Of a stretch of 64,000 bases of DNA, positions 58,605-64,000 are shown piece by piece (the stretch's first letter is position 1; every line of letters starts with the position of its first letter). Both the position numbers and the translations under genes were made by a program. The stretch spans positions 558,001 through 622,000 of the forward strand of contig JBLWGC010000104.1 of the NCBI GenBank assembly GCA_048772705.1, given 5' to 3'. A model generated the notes under the pieces. That model did no database searches and was not told the DNA's origin. It saw only the letters and a program-made list of their open reading frames with translations. Origin of the DNA: Leidyana gryllorum EB-2025a. Lineage: Eukaryota > Protista > Apicomplexa.

Positions 58605-60744
58605 ATGGCACAACCTCGAAAGGGTGGGCAGGACAAGCAAACGAAACTAAATGCCGTGGCTCGAAGATCCATAGTTGGTACAAAGCCGTCGGCACCGGCA
58701 GCCAAGCCTAAGAGAGCGGCGGCCAAAGCCCCGACAGTACAGCACCCCGCAAACCCCCTCCAGCTGCGCAAACTACAGGCTGAGGTCAAACGGTTACTTT
58801 TAGAGAATGACACAGAAGCACTGCTAGACTTCTTGGTAGTGTATGGCCCGTGCGGCAGTGGGAAGAAGTCCGCTGTGGAAGCCGTATTGGCTTTTGAGGG
58901 TTTGCAGCCTGTCACACAGCTCGATCTAGACGCTATCTGGCACTGCTTTGACAGAACCAAATACTATGACTTTCTCTTTGCCATTGAGCTTCGGTAAGCG
59001 ACAGCTCAAGTTGGTCGCAATCTGACTGCTGCTGTGTAAAGGGTCGCGGAAGCGGCCAGTAGGCAGGCGAAGCCGACTAACGAGCGAGTGTTGGTGGTTG
59101 TCACTTCCATCCCATCTGCATTACTGGAGAGGCGAGCTCTGGTGGACTTTATCTCGCGGCTGAGCAGATCTTGGACGAGTTGTCCCGCCCTCTTCATTAT
59201 GCGCTTAACGCTGGACAACAGCATCCAGCATCAGAGCTGTCTGCAGTTGAAAATGCTGAAGGATGCACACAACGAATTGGGAGTGCACTTGTTTTCAATG
59301 CCCGCAGTCGCAGATACCTTTATGGTCGCTTTCATCAAGTCGTTGCTTCCGCCGGGAACGCCCGCACAGCGCATCGACGACATTAAGGTATCGAAAAGCA
59401 GTCTGTTAAATCAACATTCTGTTCGAAAGCGTGCAGCCAATGGGGATCTGCGACAAGCCAGACTTATGGCAGAGGAGAAGGTCGCGATTGGGGTCACGAA
59501 CTTCAATGGTGCCAGTCACATCACTGACCAAAAGATGGATCGGTTTCCCTTCGCCGCTCGAATCCTGAGAGGGAAGCGAGTCTCGTGGTTGGAAGTTCGC
59601 AAAGCCGACTTGATCAGTGCGGCTGCTTATGAGGACATTAAAGAAGGACGGAGGGTTGCAGAAGACGAGATCCCCTCCACAGCACCTTCCTTGTTGAATG
59701 GTCTGATGGAATTCCACTATTTCCAAGTCAATCCCTTTATGCTCCTGAGTGAGATCGAGAAAGTCGCGCCTCTCTACTATGACCCTCGGAATCGGGCTAA
59801 GAACGAGTGGTATGGGGCAGTGGCCGAGGCCTTAGATCAAGAGCCCTCGAATGTTCGTTTGCGAATGGATCCCAAACTCCGCAGTTTCTCGCCCATATGG
59901 GCCCCATTGAACTACCAAATGGGCTTAATCGAGAAGAGACGGAAGGCTCAAGCGGTCAAGAAGGAAGAAATGGTGGACGCCGATGCTGTGGAAATGAGGC
60001 ACCCAATGTTCCGGCCCCCACCGTACTTTAATATCGCAGCTGAAGTTGCGATTCAAACGGATGATAGCCTGAAACAGCTCCTGCGGAGCGTCGAAGATGG
60101 TCTGCCCAGACACATTCACGATCTGGAAGACCTCGCTGTGGCAGCCGCTGAGGTAAGGTGCAGCGACCGTCATGACTCAGTGACGGACTGATGACGCTTC
60201 TCAGGTGTCTGTGGCCGCAGCTATGACCTCCAACATGTGGGACAGGTGTGGCTATGACAGTGAATTTGGGGTCAGAACCTTAGATAACGCTACTGTTCTG
60301 CTTCAAGGTGTACATGGAGCGATCACCAAGACAGCAGGACGAATGGGTGACCCGGCCAAGATGTTTCAGGGCAGCGGGTCAAGAGAACGCGCATTGCGAG
60401 AGGCTCAGAAGAACTATAAAGGACGATTAAAGGGTGAGCTCTCTCCCAAATGCTCACCAGCGCCAGGTGATTTTGTCTTGACAGAACTGTGGCTGCAATT
60501 TGTGCGAGACAAGAGTCTCCCGCTCTCTCAAGACAAACCCGTACGGTGTCGTCGTCTTTTCGTCGACATTCTGCCGGGCATCCATTTCACGGGAAACGAG
60601 TCCTCGATGGAGGATGAGGCACTGCAATTGTTCTGGGGAGCGGCAAGCAAAGACACGGACAACGACATGTTTGATGATCTGGAGGATTACGACCCCGATG
60701 GGGGAGGGGTGGATGACTTTGAACCAATAGAAGTCTGTTGGTAA
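58605..60744 (+). CDS. Rad17/Rad24-like checkpoint clamp-loader AAA+ protein
   Basis: Walker A-like VVYGPCGSGKK, sensor ANGDLRQA, acidic C-terminus; multi-exon. Confidence 0.65.
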
Positions 60745-60771
60745 CATTCATTTACTCATTCAGTGACACGT

Positions 60772-61241
60772 TCATCCAAGAAGCTTATCCACAAGCTCTT
60801 TGTAGGGAATGTTGGCCCCCTGCGCGCACATCTTGCAGAGACCATCAATTTGCGATTCGCTGAGGAGATCGCCGAGGGTACGGAGGATTTCACCGAGCTC
60901 TTTAGCCGTGATGGTTCCATTCTTGCTACGGTCAAACTTGGCAAAGTGAGCTATGAGCTCTGCCTTGGGGTCCCGGTTGCCAATGGTGCTGGTGATAGCC
61001 GCTTTGAGTTTCTGCAACACCACCAAGTCTCCTGTGGATTCGGCCGTTGACAACTCACCTCGTATTGTACTAATCCACCACCCGATCCCAATTGCTTCAC
61101 AAAAGCGGTTTCCTGATCCGTAGTTAGGTAGATACCGCAAGCCCGCATGGCCAATAACGCCTCTCCTTCGTTCAACAACCCATCGCCATCGCGATCGAAG
61201 GCCAAGATAGCCTCTTTAACTTTATTGTCTAGCGAGGACAT
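60772..61241 (-). CDS. Calmodulin-like EF-hand protein / myosin essential light chain
   Basis: KEAILAFDRDGDG..AMRACG; FAKFDRSKNGTITAKEL..LGDLLSE; one intron near 61016-61059. Confidence 0.88.
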
Positions 61242-61534
61242 GATCTATTGACACATTTAGAGCCACATGCAGCGAGCTGAAGGGCTGTCGACCGCCCAAA
61301 TTGACCAACATGGAAATACACAAATAGTCACTTGTCGAAACTTATACTATCCGATATTGTAACCTAATCCAAGGCTCGATGGGTGTAAATCATCGCAAGA
61401 ATGACAACAAGCTGAACGTAAGTACAGTTTCATGATGCATGCTTCCTGGTGGTGTGGGACCCTATGGGACTTACCAAATGTACCCACGATAATCACTTGA
61501 AAGTACGTGTTTAAGCCGCGACCAACAATTACAG

Positions 61535-63239
61535 ATGTACTCAGCTCGCTGTACCCTTCATCGACCCTGCCGGCAACGTAGAAGGCTGGTTCAGATTCGT
61601 AAGTGCAACCACCAACACTCACTACCCCGCATTTCCCTCCCCGACACACACACGGAGACACGACCTTGTTATCAGACTGATGAGTTCTTGTGCCCGGAAG
61701 TACGGTACACCTCTTTTCCTCCGACCACGACGGTGAAACTAGGAGGCCGCTCTTTGGAGATTGATCGAGCAGTTCCGCTCAAGCTGCGACTATTGGAAGA
61801 ACACGAAGACTATCATTTTTGGTGCAACAAGAAACAACACTCCCAGCGCATCAACTGCGGAGAATATCACAAAGACTTTGGCGATGTCGAAGTCGGTTAC
61901 TCGTTCAGTTCTCCCCAGACCCACATATGGTAAGCCGCGATTATTCGATTGATAGCTCCACTTTCACCCAGGTTCGCGGGCTACGCGATCCACGCTGATT
62001 GTTTTGAGAACTTATTCTTCTCGAGTCATAATGCCACCGTTCGAGTCACGCCCGAACACGTCATAGCCAAGGAATTGCAGATGGAGGATCTAATGGGAAG
62101 CGCTCAGACGGATCACGACGGTCAACCCAAGAATAAGGTTGCGCTTAACGATCTCAAGATAACCAGATCTCTCTTTGAGATGGTGGTGGAGGAAGGAGCG
62201 GACTTTCCCATCTATACGGCCGCTGTTCCGAAACGCGTTGAAACTTATAAAGGTTATGTCACCGAGTTGGTACCGACTGCAGAGTTTGTCAATGATTGTG
62301 AACGGGAGATTATCCGCCGGGATGCTTGGGATGTGGGAGCTGCGGTGGCACAGATCAGTGACCCGGTATCCTTTCCTCCGACTTTCCCGCCGGTCAAACC
62401 TTTTGAGCACTCTGCACTATTCTGGTCTTTTATTTTCAACAAGTTGAGGGAACAACGACTCTCTCGAGATGTAAGTCAATTTGTGTCGTCACTTTGATGT
62501 CGGGCCACAGGACTTGGAGCAAGCGTTCAAAGACGTGATTCTTCTAAATCGATACCAACAATATGAGCGAGAGTCCCGTCGGAAAGATCGAAAGTATCAA
62601 GAAGCTCTGGACCGTCTGGCAGCTCTATTCGCGTCTCCAGAGGCAGAGCATAAGGGAACGTGGCCGGTGGCCCCGGTCAAATATGCAGACTGCGACTGTG
62701 TGCTCTGTCGAGAGGGTGGAGTCGACTCGCCACGTCATGGGCGCCTGACAAAGAGCAGTCGACACGGACGACACCATCGACGGACACCCTCCACGGCCGT
62801 CCCTCACTCCCAAACTCCGGCTAACAGTCGCCGACATCACCATAGAGGACATCATCGTCACACTCCAGCGGATGATGGAGTAGCGGAGCAACGCCCTCGC
62901 ACATGTCGTCACAGAGCACGAGCGATGAACGACATGTCTCCGCAATCTTTCGGAGACGGTGGGTCAGATGGATTTGTACGACGGCGGTCATCCACGAAGA
63001 GCGCGCGATTTTGGGACCGGGCCGAAGTCGCGGCTGCAGCGACCCGTCTTGCCGAAGTATGTCTGGCAAAGCCGAATGATATTGCAGCTGATCAGACCAG
63101 CAGCCCTGGCACCGATCTGACGCCTCCACCCGCTGGTGCACCGCTCTACTTTTATACTGGCGGTGTGCGACGTATGCCGGGCGACGGGGCTGCGAATGTA
63201 GAGTACCCACTAAGCGTTTCCGCGTATGGAGCGTACTGA
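61535..63239 (+). CDS. Hypothetical multi-exon protein
   Basis: Three consecutive ORFs joined by GT-AG introns; true start probably upstream. Confidence 0.55.
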
Positions 63240-63266
63240 ACACACATCACTCCTTTCTGCACGTTC

Positions 63267-64000
63267 ATGTCCGTGGATGAGTCTAAGCCCGATATATCCT
63301 TTTTAGGATATGGGGACAAACCAGAGAAGGTGAAGGTGGACAAGGGCGACCGATTCGGTCCTTCCACCATCACTCGAGTTGCGGCGGGTCTCAGCCACTC
63401 TTTTGCCATTTGCACCCGTCACAGTCGCCCCCAATTATTCGGATGGGGTCAGAACAACAGCAATGTATTAGGAATAGGCGAAACAGTGAGCGGTCGTTAA
63501 TCGTACGTCCCATTTCTCTATGCATACAGTGGGCCGAAACTACAGTTCCGGTTTGGGTGGAGATGCTGAAAGATATGGAGCTCTTCCAAGTCGCGACTGG
63601 CAAAAGTCACACTATGATCCTAACGAAACGATTCGAGAGCTCTGGAGGCAAATTATGGTCTTATGGGTTGGGAAAGCAAGGGCGGTTAGGTTACGTCAAA
63701 AACAGTGAAATCGGCCCTCCCCCCAATGCCAACGAGGAGGAAGCCTGGTTCACCCTCAAACCAGGCCGTGTTCGATTCCCAGACCCCAAAATGAAGGTAT
63801 CTCGAGTCGCCTGTGGAGCTGATCATACACTCGCCGTCTCTGAACACGGAGAGCTGTACGCTTGGGGATACGGAGAGAGTGGCGCACTTGGACTCGGACA
63901 CTCAGGCACACAGTGGGAACCAGAAAGAGTACACTTTCCCCAAAGCGGCGAGTTTGTTGCTCACATGGCTGGTGGATCTAAACACAGTATTTGCTGTACC
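63267..64000 (+). CDS. RCC1-repeat protein (partial, runs off window)
   Basis: VAAGLSHS..FGWGQN..LGIG, VACGADHTLAV..LYAWGYGESGALGLG, MAGGSKHS. Confidence 0.9.

Overview
Gene-dense eukaryotic DNA (about 50-55% GC by eye, short ~40-60 nt GT-AG introns, very short intergenic gaps). It is most likely an apicomplexan, gregarine-like protist; this is inferred from the apicomplexan-type hexokinase, ELC-type myosin light chain and divergent actin. About 30 protein genes are present: UDP-galactose transporter, eIF3h, SpoU methyltransferase, histidine phosphatases, OXR1/TLDc, bacterial-type CysQ, actin, EMC10, hexokinase, HMG-box, SFT2, Kelch, SIZ1/PIAS, exportin-like, ABCC, Rad17-like, EF-hand light chain and RCC1. 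The main feature the ORF track misses is a ~1.55 kb minus-strand array (56411-57946) of 11 box C/D snoRNAs in three families. Family A is an snR38-like dual guide, family B is an snR74/SNORD27-like dual guide, and family C has no target I can identify. Other points: extreme compaction (1-32 nt gaps, a 78-nt antisense CDS overlap), a shared T-run motif upstream of several ATGs, and a large intronless protein with three kinds of tandem repeat. Gene boundaries were read by eye and are approximate where introns are involved.
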